From contig CAZCNP010000001.1 of the NCBI GenBank assembly GCA_964500725.1, positions 321,520 through 385,519 on the forward strand: a DNA stretch of 64,000 nucleotides, in the 5' to 3' direction. Origin of the DNA: an uncultured Gammaproteobacteria bacterium. Its GTDB lineage: Bacteria; Patescibacteriota; Microgenomatia; Daviesbacterales; UBA10151. Below are positions 37,801 through 45,823 of the stretch, piece by piece; position 1 is the first letter of the stretch, and every line of letters begins with the position of its first letter. A model generated the notes under the pieces. It was given only the letters and a program-made list of their open reading frames with translations, searched no databases and had not been told where the DNA came from. A program made the position numbers and the translations under genes.

Positions 37801-39877
37801 GACTCAAAAACAGGTAGTCCAGGATATGAATGCTGGACATCCTGCAGTGGGCTCCCCGGTGGGATCACCAATCGGGCACTGGAAATTTGATGAAGGAGCA
37901 GATAATACTTGCTCAGGTGGAACAAATGATACCTGTAACTCTAGTTCCCAGGGATCAACTTTAGATGGAGCTTCAAGCGGTGCCACCTGGTCTCAATCCG
38001 GAAAATTCGGCCGGGCCTTATCTTTTGACGGAACTGATGACGTAGTAACAATTACTAACTCTAATCCCATAGATATGGATACCAGTTTAGCCAATTTCAC
38101 TTACTCTGCCTGGATCAATGCTACTGGCGCAGGGGAAAATAACGTGGGACAAATACTGCAAAAAGGCGCTAGCACTTATCTTAGGGTGGATAATCCATCA
38201 GGAAGTAATTTGGATGTTGAGGCAAATCTAGACTTAGCTACAACAGATGCCAATGTAAATGTTTCTGCTCCTATCACCACCAATACTTGGCATCAAATTA
38301 TAGAAACATGGGATGGAACAACTTTAACTGTCTATATAGATGGGGTGAATAAAGGCACTGGAACAGGATCTGGGGCAATATCATCAGATGCCAACAATTT
38401 ATTGATTGGAGGGACAACTACTGCTAACTTTGCCGGCACAATAGATGAATTCAAGGTTTATAATTATGCCTTAACTGCTGATGAGGTAAAGACAGAATAC
38501 AATCGTTCATCGTCAGTGGTTCTTGGTTCATTATCAGATAATTCCAGCTACCAAACCCAAGCTGCTAATCAGGAATATTGTGTCCCAGGAGACACTACCT
38601 CCTGTGCTGCCCCAGTTGGCAGATGGGATTTTGAAGAAGGAGGTTATAACGGTACTTCAGGTGAGGTTAAAGATAGATCAGGTAATGGTTATAACGGTAC
38701 TTATAATGGAACTCTAACTAATCTTTCAGCTCCTGGCAAAGCAGGTAAGGCAGGAAACTTTAATGGCAGTAATAATTATGTCCTGGCTAGCGATAATGAC
38801 ACCTTAAGCTTTACTGATAAAAAAATGACTGTCTCTGCCTGGATTAAAGGCAGCGCTTTTGGAGATAACAACGGGATTGTTGTCAAAAGGGCATCCAGCA
38901 ACTTTGAATATGGATTTTATGTATCAGCCAGCAAGCTAAGCTTCAATATTTGGACCTCTGCCGGGGCATCTGTCTGCAGCACAGCGGGAAGCGCTACTCT
39001 CTCAACCAACACCTGGTATTTTGTCACAGCGGTTGCCGACGGAACCAACTGCCTTCTTTATTTAAACGGGGCGCGGGATGGCAACGCGGGTACTGTTTCC
39101 GGAACAGTAACCAATGGAACAGCCGGAGTATATATTGGCTATGACAACAGCGGAGTTTCCAGATATTTCAATGGCCAAATAGATCAAGTCAGCATCTATA
39201 ACTATGCCAGAACTGCTGCACAAGTTGCCTGGGATTATAACAGGGGCAAGCCTGTAGGACACTGGAAATTTGATGAGTGCCAAGGCACTACTGCCTATGA
39301 TTCTTCCCCTTCGGCAGGCTCAGGGCAAGCAGGAAATAATGGAACTATTACTATTGGAGCCTCTGGAGAAGATACTGTTGGAACTTGTACTACCTCCTCT
39401 ACTGCCTGGGGCTCTGGAGTAACTGGCAAAAGAAATTATTCTCTAAGCTTGGATGGCACAGATGACAAAGTAACAATAGGTACAGCTATCAATGGGGTAC
39501 AATCTATAACATTTTGGGTCAAACCATCCACTAATACAGACTCCTTTATCGATCTTGACGGAGGGACTCATTATATTACTTCCTCCTCTGGAACAGTTTC
39601 TGCTACTGGTTTTTCCTCACCTACTATTTATGTGAATGGTATCTCAGGGGGAACAATCACTGGAGCAGCCTGGAACCATATCGTAGTTACAACAGGCACA
39701 TCCTTCAACACGACCAGCAGCATGACTTTTGGCTACAAAAGCGCAGCTACTGCAGATTATCTAAATGGTCAAATTGATGATGTCAGGGTCTATAACTATG
39801 CCCTCACCCTCACTCAAATCAAGGAAATCATGAATGATGGAGCTATCAGGTTTGGCCCAGCAACAGGAGCACCATAA
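34826..39877 (+). CDS. Large (1,683 aa) membrane-anchored protein with an N-terminal DUF2341-like domain and at least 6 LamG-like (concanavalin-A-like lectin, Laminin_G_3) domains
   Basis: TM helix SAFILSAILVAGGGIFLYGY. DEGWAYRKAVTVTV...LETL...DLRF is DUF2341-like. The repeated motif [DE][DE][IVL][RK][VI]YN[RY]AL[ST]..[EQ][IV] (LRIYNRALSQSEITQLY, DEIRVYNRALSSAEISSLY, DDVKVYNYQRTQKQV, DEFKVYNYALTADEV, DQVSIYNYARTAAQV, DDVRVYNYALTLTQI) marks the LamG C-terminal strands. The true start may be the M at 34856. Confidence 0.65.
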   Translation: MDRSEGRFSQMKSSLTRISYYLRKSVLKSAFILSAILVAGGGIFLYGYFHSKSASAAWFDEGWAYRKAVTVTVTSSSSDITNLETLITADTSASGRFQSSCQDLRFTNTNGKLLPYYIDSGCTTSSTKIWIMLDLVPKNTTTYTLYMYYGNPTASAASDSTKFRLFNGLKGYWKMNDNVSGDAKTLTDASVNANSGTTYYGANTTGMDCTITAKYDKGCTLDGTDDYVSLGNPAALQISTDITINIWVKPTSGSYIISRRGWNILLGQPPAFETRNAGDTGWDTNATATSTLPTDSWSMVTAVYSTTDQKKYIYINGVQEGSAAKTDGSMGDTTARNIYLGQYIVGSQWYNGSEDELRIYNRALSQSEITQLYQNPGNIATYVDGISKPTTSFATEEQGPGPIGYWKFDDGQGSTAQDSTSSNYDGTITGATWQTEDKCISSKCLYLTSATDRVTAGSSNNLNITSGDATYQTWVRLTAATFLDGSTNWTLFNNESYQASGMTIRIDGGTGKLMYRSSQAAASTTFTTTSAPIASNNTWYHITAVKSGTTISFYVNGRLIQSGTITNPVTTANAFTIGSAVGGSQSVRGFMDDAKVYNFARTPAQILQDYASGLANAGTKQGSSAVLGASTEKWLSDGLVGYWKMDESSGNAADSSGNATTLTNNNITTFAAGKFGNGSSYNGTSQYFSTASTISGVQSIAFWVYPTSTTDNYINLNGSTYITSSSGTVSGTGITSPSIYVNGTLNGTITASAWNHVVITTATSVSASVFEIGRANSSYLSNTSKMDEIRVYNRALSSAEISSLYNWAPGPSGYWNFEERTGTSTYDTSGGGNTGTITNSTWNTGKFGAGLSFDGNGDFVNIPQTTTLDTPTGTISMWANFNDLTDNGYLWSQNVDEWNIYNNGTQLKTYYDSTLVHSYTPTFTNNQWVHLSFTFTKGGTCYFYVNGVQVASNTCSSTAPTLSNIHIGAMSSNNTYSFNGKLDDVKVYNYQRTQKQVVQDMNAGHPAVGSPVGSPIGHWKFDEGADNTCSGGTNDTCNSSSQGSTLDGASSGATWSQSGKFGRALSFDGTDDVVTITNSNPIDMDTSLANFTYSAWINATGAGENNVGQILQKGASTYLRVDNPSGSNLDVEANLDLATTDANVNVSAPITTNTWHQIIETWDGTTLTVYIDGVNKGTGTGSGAISSDANNLLIGGTTTANFAGTIDEFKVYNYALTADEVKTEYNRSSSVVLGSLSDNSSYQTQAANQEYCVPGDTTSCAAPVGRWDFEEGGYNGTSGEVKDRSGNGYNGTYNGTLTNLSAPGKAGKAGNFNGSNNYVLASDNDTLSFTDKKMTVSAWIKGSAFGDNNGIVVKRASSNFEYGFYVSASKLSFNIWTSAGASVCSTAGSATLSTNTWYFVTAVADGTNCLLYLNGARDGNAGTVSGTVTNGTAGVYIGYDNSGVSRYFNGQIDQVSIYNYARTAAQVAWDYNRGKPVGHWKFDECQGTTAYDSSPSAGSGQAGNNGTITIGASGEDTVGTCTTSSTAWGSGVTGKRNYSLSLDGTDDKVTIGTAINGVQSITFWVKPSTNTDSFIDLDGGTHYITSSSGTVSATGFSSPTIYVNGISGGTITGAAWNHIVVTTGTSFNTTSSMTFGYKSAATADYLNGQIDDVRVYNYALTLTQIKEIMNDGAIRFGPATGAP

Positions 39878-39920
39878 TATGGTTCCTCCTTGGATGATGG
39901 CAGGCTGAGTTTACGAAGCC

Positions 39921-40211
39921 ATGAATCCATCTATTCTATGGTATAATACCATCATGAAACAGTTTACTTTTAGAACTATTATTCAAAAAGATGGTAAGGG
40001 CTACCATGGTTTTGTACCATCTCTTCCAGGATGTCATACTTATGGCAATACCATAAATGAAGTGAGAAAAAATATCAAAGAAGCGGTGGCGGGTTGGATT
40101 GAAGCCACTTCTGAACAAGGATGGAATATTCCTTCAGACGAAGGAATAGAGACTATAGAATCCATCCAAATAACGCTTCCCAATCCCAAAGCTTCCTTTG
40201 TCTATGCCTAA
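39921..40211 (+). CDS. hicB: HicB-family antitoxin (UPF0150); probable start at MKQFTF (39954)
   Basis: MKQFTFRTIIQKDGKGYHGFVPSLPGCHTYGNTINEVRKNIKEAVAGWIEA. Confidence 0.65.
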   Translation: MNPSILWYNTIMKQFTFRTIIQKDGKGYHGFVPSLPGCHTYGNTINEVRKNIKEAVAGWIEATSEQGWNIPSDEGIETIESIQITLPNPKASFVYA

Positions 40212-40431
40212 AATTCCAATTATCAATGGAACAAAGCTCGTTAAGATTTTAAAAAAGAAAGGTTTTGTTTTAAATAGAATTCGAGGCAGTCACCATATCC
40301 TCATTCACCAAGAAAAACAGATTACTGTTTCAATCCCAGTCCATAAAAGCACAACCTTAGGCAGAGGTATTACTCTGGCTATCATAAAGGATGCGGGGAT
40401 CACTACAGAAGAATTCCTGAAATTACTTTAA
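40198..40431 (+). CDS. hicA: HicA-family mRNA-interferase toxin (YcfA-like)
   Basis: KILKKKGFVLNRIRGSHHILIHQEKQITVSIPVHKSTTLGRGITLAIIKDAGI; overlaps hicB by 14 nt. Confidence 0.65.
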   Translation: MSMPKIPIINGTKLVKILKKKGFVLNRIRGSHHILIHQEKQITVSIPVHKSTTLGRGITLAIIKDAGITTEEFLKLL

Positions 40432-40543
40432 TGGCCAAATTGATTATGTCAGAATATATAACTATGCCCTAACAGCTGCCCAGGTTAAAGGGATCATGAA
40501 CGAAGGAGCTGTCAGGTTTGGCCCTTCCACCGGTTCGCCATAA
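40431..40543 (+). pseudogene. Orphan 3' fragment of a paralogous LamG gene (encodes NGQIDYVRIYNYALTAAQVKGIMNEGAVRFGPSTGSP*), abutting the hicA stop codon
   Basis: About 80% nucleotide identity to 39763..39877, the 3' end of the intact LamG gene. Its reading frame is intact, but no upstream gene body exists. Confidence 0.7.
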
Positions 40544-40572
40544 CTCCTTTGAAAAAGTGTTAAGATGAAAAT

Positions 40573-40835
40573 ATGAATGTAATTTTCTTTAACCCTAAAA
40601 TAAAAGATAACTTGTACTCTTTGGACAAGACTCCGCTCGACAAATGCCTTCGATTAATCGATCTTCTCAAGATGTTTGGGAATAAGCTAAACATGCCATA
40701 TTCAAAGAAAATCTCACACAATCTATACGAGTTGCGCATCCGTGGACAACAAGAAGTCCGCATAATCCCAAAAAACTCCTCAAAAAGAAATTGAAACTGC
40801 ATTAGCCAAAATCTCCATCTTGACAACCACATAAC
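40573..40835 (+). pseudogene. HigB/Gp49-like (RelE/ParE superfamily) toxin pseudogene, frameshift or internal deletion
   Basis: Frame 1 gives ...LYELRIRGQQEVRIIPKNSSKRN*. The family C-terminal hallmark QKTPQKEIETALAKI is encoded immediately after, in another frame. The middle RIFYF...HGF segment is missing. Confidence 0.5.
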
Positions 40836-40855
40836 GTATATGTTATATATAGTAT

Positions 40856-41140
40856 ATGAATAAATTTCAACCTATCCCATTTGAAGATGTTTTAGCAGAA
40901 GCCCTAAAAGACCCTGAGGTAAAAAAGGGGTATGATGCTCTTGAGCTGGAGTTTAGCATTATTGAACAGGTTATCAAAAAAAGGCTGGAAAAAGGCTTAA
41001 GTCAAAAACAGCTGGCTGAAAAAATTGGCACAAAACAGTCAGCCATCTCAAGACTGGAAAGCGGCAATGCCAACCCCTCGGTAGCTTTTCTGGATAAAAT
41101 ATCAAAGGCTCTGGGCAGCAAACTTCAAATCTCAATCTAG
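40856..41140 (+). CDS. XRE-family HTH antitoxin (HigA-like)
   Basis: LSQKQLAEKIGTKQSAISRLESGNANPSVAFLDKISKALG is the XRE HTH; it follows the toxin pseudogene. Confidence 0.65.
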   Translation: MNKFQPIPFEDVLAEALKDPEVKKGYDALELEFSIIEQVIKKRLEKGLSQKQLAEKIGTKQSAISRLESGNANPSVAFLDKISKALGSKLQISI

Positions 41141-41155
41141 CAATTAAGTTAAAGT

Positions 41156-41932
41156 ATGAAAAAAATCTTAATTATTTTTCTTTTATCCAGTCTAGGTTTT
41201 TTTGTGCTAACAACTTCTGCTTATGCTCAAGCCATCTCTTCTGGTGCAACTTATACCTATAAAATAGATGATACTAAAGCAGTTGATGGAGATATTTTAA
41301 CCATGTCTGATAAGGGCTTAGTTAGGGCTAATACTCCTTATACTGGCAGTATTTTTGGTGTGGTGCAAAACGATGCAGTGATAATAATTGAGCTGCTTGA
41401 CGAAGGCGGCCAACCAGTAGCTAGGTCTGGTATTGCCAAAGTTAATGTCACAAATGCCAATGGCCCAATTAAAAAGGGCGGTCTTATCGCTGTCTCTACT
41501 ACCCCAGGAAAAGGCCAACGGGCTGATAAAGCTGGGTATGTGCTGGGAACTGCTCTGGCTGATATGAATGAGGCTACTGGGCAAATCCCTGTAGCTTTGG
41601 AAATCAAATCCTATGATCTTTCCACTACCCTTAACTCAGCTACAGCCAATAGATTCTTAAAATCACTTGACGGTATTTTGCTCGCCAGCACAGAGGACCC
41701 AGAAAAACTTTCCCAACTTGTCAGGTATGTTGCAGCAGCAATTATTGTGCTGGGAGCTTTTGCCATTAGCTTTTTTACCTTTTCCAAATCTATGGCCAAC
41801 TCTGTTGAGGCAATTGGACGAAACCCCTTAGCCAAAAATTTTATCTTTTCTTCCCTGGTAATCAATATTGTTATTACTGTGGTTGTTTTGGGGGTTGCCC
41901 TGGCTGCTGCTTTTATTTTAATTAAGTTTTAA
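41156..41932 (+). CDS. Secreted/membrane hypothetical protein: signal peptide and a C-terminal two-helix membrane hairpin
   Basis: Signal peptide MKKILIIFLLSSLGFFVLTTSAYA; TM helices AAAIIVLGAFAISFF and FIFSSLVINIVITVVVLGVALAAAFILI. Confidence 0.4.
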   Translation: MKKILIIFLLSSLGFFVLTTSAYAQAISSGATYTYKIDDTKAVDGDILTMSDKGLVRANTPYTGSIFGVVQNDAVIIIELLDEGGQPVARSGIAKVNVTNANGPIKKGGLIAVSTTPGKGQRADKAGYVLGTALADMNEATGQIPVALEIKSYDLSTTLNSATANRFLKSLDGILLASTEDPEKLSQLVRYVAAAIIVLGAFAISFFTFSKSMANSVEAIGRNPLAKNFIFSSLVINIVITVVVLGVALAAAFILIKF

Positions 41933-41933
41933 A

Positions 41934-42950
41934 CTAACGTTTTGAAAGACTTCTTTTGTATAGATCTAAGTTCTCCAAAGCTAAACCAGTCCCTAACACC
42001 ACACAAAGCAAGGGGTTTTCTGCCAAAGCAACTGGCACTCCTAAAGCATCTGTTAAGGACCTGTCTAGATTTCTCAAAAGTGATGTTCCCCCGCTCATAA
42101 CAATCCCTTTATCAATGATGTCTGAGGCAAGCTCCGGGGGAACTTGTTCCAAAACTCCTTTTGCTGCAGAAATAATCTTTTTGACAATCTCAGAGATAGC
42201 CTCAGTTACCTCATCTGAGTTAACCTCAACACTTTTAGGAAGACCAGAAAAAGCATCTCTGCCTCTGACTTCCATTTTTTGCACTTCATTGGGTTTTAGG
42301 TGAGTGGCAGAACCTATTTTTATTTTGACCTCCTCAGCCATTCTTTCCCCAATGATTAAATTGTGTTTTTTGCGGACATAATTTTGGATCGCCTCATCAA
42401 TTTTGTTGCCACCAATTCTTACAGATGAGTGCACTACTACCCCACCAAGACAAACCACTGCAGCCTCAGTTGTGCCTCCGCCAATATCTACAATCATATT
42501 GCCTGAAGGATTGGCAATGGGGATTTTAGCCCCGATTGCTGCAGCCAAAGGCTCGTCGATTAAAAAAGCAGTTTTTGCCCCAGCAGATAAAGTAGCATCT
42601 AAGATAGCTCTTTTTTCCACAGATGTTACCCCAGCTGGAGCACAAACCATCACCTCTGGCTTAAAAAGCCTGCTTGATCCACAAACCTTATCTAAAAAAT
42701 ATCTAATCATTGCTTCAGTAATTACATAATCTGCAATTACCCCATCCCTCATAGGGCGGGAGGCGGTGATATTTCCAGGAGTTCTGCCTAACATTTCTTT
42801 GGCTTCATTACCTACAGCCAAAACACGGTGGTCATCTGTGGTAATGGCTACCACTGTAGGCTCATTTAAAACAATACCTGTACCTGCCAAATAGACTAAA
42901 GAATTGGCAGTGCCAAGGTCTATTCCTACCCTTTTGGAAAAATTAAACAT
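41934..42950 (-). CDS. mreB: Rod-shape-determining actin homologue MreB
   Basis: MFNFSKRVGIDLGTANSLVY...IVDIGGGTTE...VMSGGTSLLRNLD. Confidence 0.9.
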   Translation of the reverse strand: MFNFSKRVGIDLGTANSLVYLAGTGIVLNEPTVVAITTDDHRVLAVGNEAKEMLGRTPGNITASRPMRDGVIADYVITEAMIRYFLDKVCGSSRLFKPEVMVCAPAGVTSVEKRAILDATLSAGAKTAFLIDEPLAAAIGAKIPIANPSGNMIVDIGGGTTEAAVVCLGGVVVHSSVRIGGNKIDEAIQNYVRKKHNLIIGERMAEEVKIKIGSATHLKPNEVQKMEVRGRDAFSGLPKSVEVNSDEVTEAISEIVKKIISAAKGVLEQVPPELASDIIDKGIVMSGGTSLLRNLDRSLTDALGVPVALAENPLLCVVLGTGLALENLDLYKRSLSKR

Positions 42951-43019
42951 AACTGGGGATCATTTTACCAACCCAAAAACCTAGTCACAAGATATACTAA
43001 ATAGGTCAAAGGCAATCAG

Positions 43020-44171
43020 CTATTTGAGGTTTATACCATAAAGATTTGGCTCTGAAGCAGTTGGGGTGGGAAAAGAGCTAATAATAACCAGTCTTGAGGA
43101 ATCAAGCCAGGGAAATACAAAATCATCCTTAAAACTGCCAGCATATATCACAGCTTTATTTGTGCCGTCAAAATCTATCACAGAGATGGTGCCCTTCTCC
43201 ACCATAATAATATGGGTGGAGTTTGGCAGCCACATATAACCTTCTGCTTGTGGCAGGATATATTCCTTTTTCTCCTCTAAATCATATACTTTTACAGTCT
43301 CTTTGGTTTTTAATATACCGTCATTTTCAGGATTTGTTATGTTTTCTGTTGGCTTAATGTCTGATTTGGCCACAGCCATAAATTTAGTCTCATCAGGAGA
43401 CCAGCGAATCTCAGCTGCAGACGAGGCAATCTTTCTTAAATTGATATCTTTGACCGCTAAAACTCTGGAGGCTTCTTTATTTTGGCTATCTTCCTCCCAG
43501 GTTGTCAAAGTTGACTCAAGAACTGGGGTAATATCACGGGGATCAGAATTTAACCTATCAGATTCTAACAAATAATTATTATTGCCAACAGTGGCCAAAA
43601 CTTGTTTAGAGTCGGCAGACCATCTGAGGGTAGCTTGAGATAAATCCAGCAGGGTATTTTGGGTAATTTGGTGAGGTTCGGCTGACCTGGCAAAAGAAAT
43701 TGGTTGATTACGGGTCTGAGTCCAAACCCAAATTCCCCCTTTTTTAGCAAGTCCAGGCACAATATAAGCTAACTTGCCTCCATCTGGGCTTAGTATTGGA
43801 TTTTCTACTCCAGTAAAGGTCAAAGGATAAATTGTAGGAATGGCGGGAAAAAGAGTTACTTTAACTGGGGTAACTAAACCTTCTTTAACTTCTATTTGTT
43901 TTTCCCAAGGAATAAAACCTTCTTTAACAACCCTTACTGAATAACTTTTAGGAGGCAATGATGGAACTGTTGCATCTGTGGCTGTTGTTAGGTGCCCATC
44001 TATATAAACCGAGGCAGCATCAGGAACTGAGGAAACAGTAATAATCCCAGTTCCTACAATTCTTTTTTCTTTAGGAGAAAAAGTATAGCCTTTGGCTAAA
44101 AAGATAGCAATAGCTGCAGTTGCAGCAATTGCTAGCAAAGTAATAATAGTGATAATAAACCGTTTCGACAT
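43020..44171 (-). CDS. Membrane-anchored PEGA-domain plus TolB-like beta-propeller protein
   Basis: N-terminal TM; PEGA module VSSVPDAASVYIDGHLTTATDATVPSLPPKSYSVRVVKEGFIPWEKQIEVKEG; propeller-like repeats follow (LSPDGGKLAY, WSADSKQVL, WSPDETKFM). Confidence 0.55.
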   Translation of the reverse strand: MSKRFIITIITLLAIAATAAIAIFLAKGYTFSPKEKRIVGTGIITVSSVPDAASVYIDGHLTTATDATVPSLPPKSYSVRVVKEGFIPWEKQIEVKEGLVTPVKVTLFPAIPTIYPLTFTGVENPILSPDGGKLAYIVPGLAKKGGIWVWTQTRNQPISFARSAEPHQITQNTLLDLSQATLRWSADSKQVLATVGNNNYLLESDRLNSDPRDITPVLESTLTTWEEDSQNKEASRVLAVKDINLRKIASSAAEIRWSPDETKFMAVAKSDIKPTENITNPENDGILKTKETVKVYDLEEKKEYILPQAEGYMWLPNSTHIIMVEKGTISVIDFDGTNKAVIYAGSFKDDFVFPWLDSSRLVIISSFPTPTASEPNLYGINLK

Positions 44172-44196
44172 TTATTTAGTAAGTATAGAATATATA

Positions 44197-44886
44197 CTAG
44201 CTATTTACCAGCTTTGCTCTCACAACCAACCTGTTTAATAATGTTCCTGGAGGGTCACAGGTTTGCAAAGTTAGAACTGGTTCTTCATACTTGTTAGTCA
44301 AATAGGAAACATCATTTGGATTTACTATCTGTTTATCAAAGACAATATAGTCATACCTTTTATTTTTATAAAAGATAATCACTCTGTCGCCTGGCTCCAG
44401 TTCTCTTAGCAGATAAAATATGGCATTATATCTGACAATATTCCAAGGAGCATCTGTGGAATGAGAAAAAAGGTATAAATTGCCTGGCTGCCCTGGAGGG
44501 GTTGAACCCAAAGCCTCAGCCACCCCTTGTTGGAGGGCAATTTGATATTCTCTTTCGCTGGCAGGGTTAACACCAGCTATTACTTTGGCGTTGGCATTGA
44601 TTTTTTCAATCACTATCCCATACTCTGTTGAAACAGGGATAATGTTGTTTTCTGAAGCAGATACATTACCAAAATCCACTGGCCCCCCACTTGCAGTAGC
44701 TTGCCCTTCTTCAGGAATAACAATATTAGGCACGATTCTTTGGACCCCCAACAATCTATCTTTTCTATAACCAATTTCTGCCTGAACAACTGGCCCCAAC
44801 ATAAAAATAAAGGTAATTAAGCCTGTTAAGAATACTAAATATCCAATAAATCTAACAAAAAGTATTTTTTTAAAACGTTTGGTCAT
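44197..44886 (-). CDS. Sortase-family transpeptidase
   Basis: N-terminal TM; catalytic His (LYLFSHST); TLQTC active-site motif (PVLTLQTCDPPG); conserved Arg (RLVVRAKL). Confidence 0.7.
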   Translation of the reverse strand: MTKRFKKILFVRFIGYLVFLTGLITFIFMLGPVVQAEIGYRKDRLLGVQRIVPNIVIPEEGQATASGGPVDFGNVSASENNIIPVSTEYGIVIEKINANAKVIAGVNPASEREYQIALQQGVAEALGSTPPGQPGNLYLFSHSTDAPWNIVRYNAIFYLLRELEPGDRVIIFYKNKRYDYIVFDKQIVNPNDVSYLTNKYEEPVLTLQTCDPPGTLLNRLVVRAKLVNS

Positions 44887-44893
44887 GCTTAAG

Positions 44894-44966
44894 TATCCCT
44901 GGAGGGAATTGCACCCCCGACCAACCCCTTAGGACGGGGCTGCTCTATCTACTGAGCTACAGGGAC
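44894..44966 (-). tRNA. tRNA-Arg (anticodon CCT)
   Basis: Reverse complement GTCCCTG-TA-GCTC-AGTAGATA-GAGC-A-GCCCC-GTCCTAA-GGGGT-TGGTC-GGGGG-TGCAATT-CCCTC-CAGGGAT-A. Cloverleaf with G1-U72 and an atypical T-loop (G at position 55). Confidence 0.6.
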
Positions 44967-45011
44967 AATCATATGTATAATTTTATCACTAAAGAAGATA
45001 TAATTCGATCA

Positions 45012-45084
45012 CGGGACGTAGTTCATCGGCAGAACGCTACTTTCGGGAAGTAGAAGCAAGTGAGTTCAATTCTCCTCGTCCCGA
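45012..45084 (+). tRNA. tRNA-Pro (anticodon CGG)
   Basis: CGGGACG-TA-GTTC-ATCGGCA-GAAC-G-CTACT-TTCGGGA-AGTAG-AAGCAA-GTGAG-TTCAATT-CTCCT-CGTCCCG-A. Perfect acceptor, D and anticodon stems; G37; one mismatch in the T-stem. Confidence 0.6.
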
Positions 45085-45421
45085 CTATAGGTCTATATTA
45101 GCTTCAAAATAACTCTTGACATTTGGGTAATTTTCGGGTAATACTAAATGCCAGTCCTCTGTAAAGAATAGACAAGTCGAATTAATATGCGAAAACTTTC
45201 CTTGTCAAAATAAGTTTAAAAGAAGACTTAGTCAACGATCGTTCCGTAATTTTTGCTCCCAATCCTGTGCTGCAACTCTCAACAATAAATGTAGACAAAT
45301 TAATAAATACAGGATCAATAAACCTCCCTCTAAAACACTTCATACACAGAAACCTAATATTCCTCTTAAATATTGTCAGTATTGCGGAAATAGATGTTCA
45401 TTAAATCGCAATTATTGCTCG

Positions 45422-45823
45422 ATGAAATGCTGGGGAAAAGCTCATGAACTTTCACAAGAAATATTGCTTAAACAAATTAGGTTGTTGTCATTAAAATTAG
45501 GCAGATCGCCCACTAGGCGGGAGTGCAAATATCATACAACTTGCCAAAGACATTTTGGATCATGGAATAACGCTTTAATAGCAGCTGGCTTAACTCCACA
45601 TCGTTCCCTAAATCAACGTATGTATAAAAGACGTATCTGCATTGCTAGAGATGGCCATATTTGTAATTCAGTCTCGGAATTAATAATTGATAACTGGCTC
45701 CATAAACACAACATCACTCATCAAAAAGAAGCACCCTACCCTAAGGGAAAATTTGTTGCTGATTGGGCTATTGCTACAAATACTCTAGTTGAATATTTTA
45801 GTAAGGAATTGAGAATAACTTAA
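45422..45823 (+). pseudogene. Remnant of a zinc-ribbon plus Vsr/DUF559-like (PD-(D/E)xK) endonuclease gene, truncated at both ends
   Basis: The in-frame upstream sequence YPLKYCQYCGNRCSLNRNYCS has no start codon (stop at 45356). The core CNSVSELIIDNWLHKHNITHQKEAPYPKGKFVADWAIATNTLVEYF resembles the DUF559/Vsr motif. The C-terminus is cut by the overlapping recombinase gene. Confidence 0.45.

Noticed and set aside
40560-40832. 90-aa minus-strand ORF opposite the higB pseudogene
   Set aside because: No recognisable features. It overlaps the toxin remnant, whose family-specific motifs identify the plus strand as the original coding strand.
41156-41932. C-terminal segment ...EAIGRNPLAKNFIFSSLVINIVITVVVLGVALAAAF resembles the ARQPE loop and second helix of an ATP-synthase c subunit
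   Set aside because: The essential helix-2 carboxylate is absent. The segment is fused to a 200-aa secreted domain. The gene is far from, and on a different transcriptional unit than, the atp block. Most likely a generic helical hairpin anchor.
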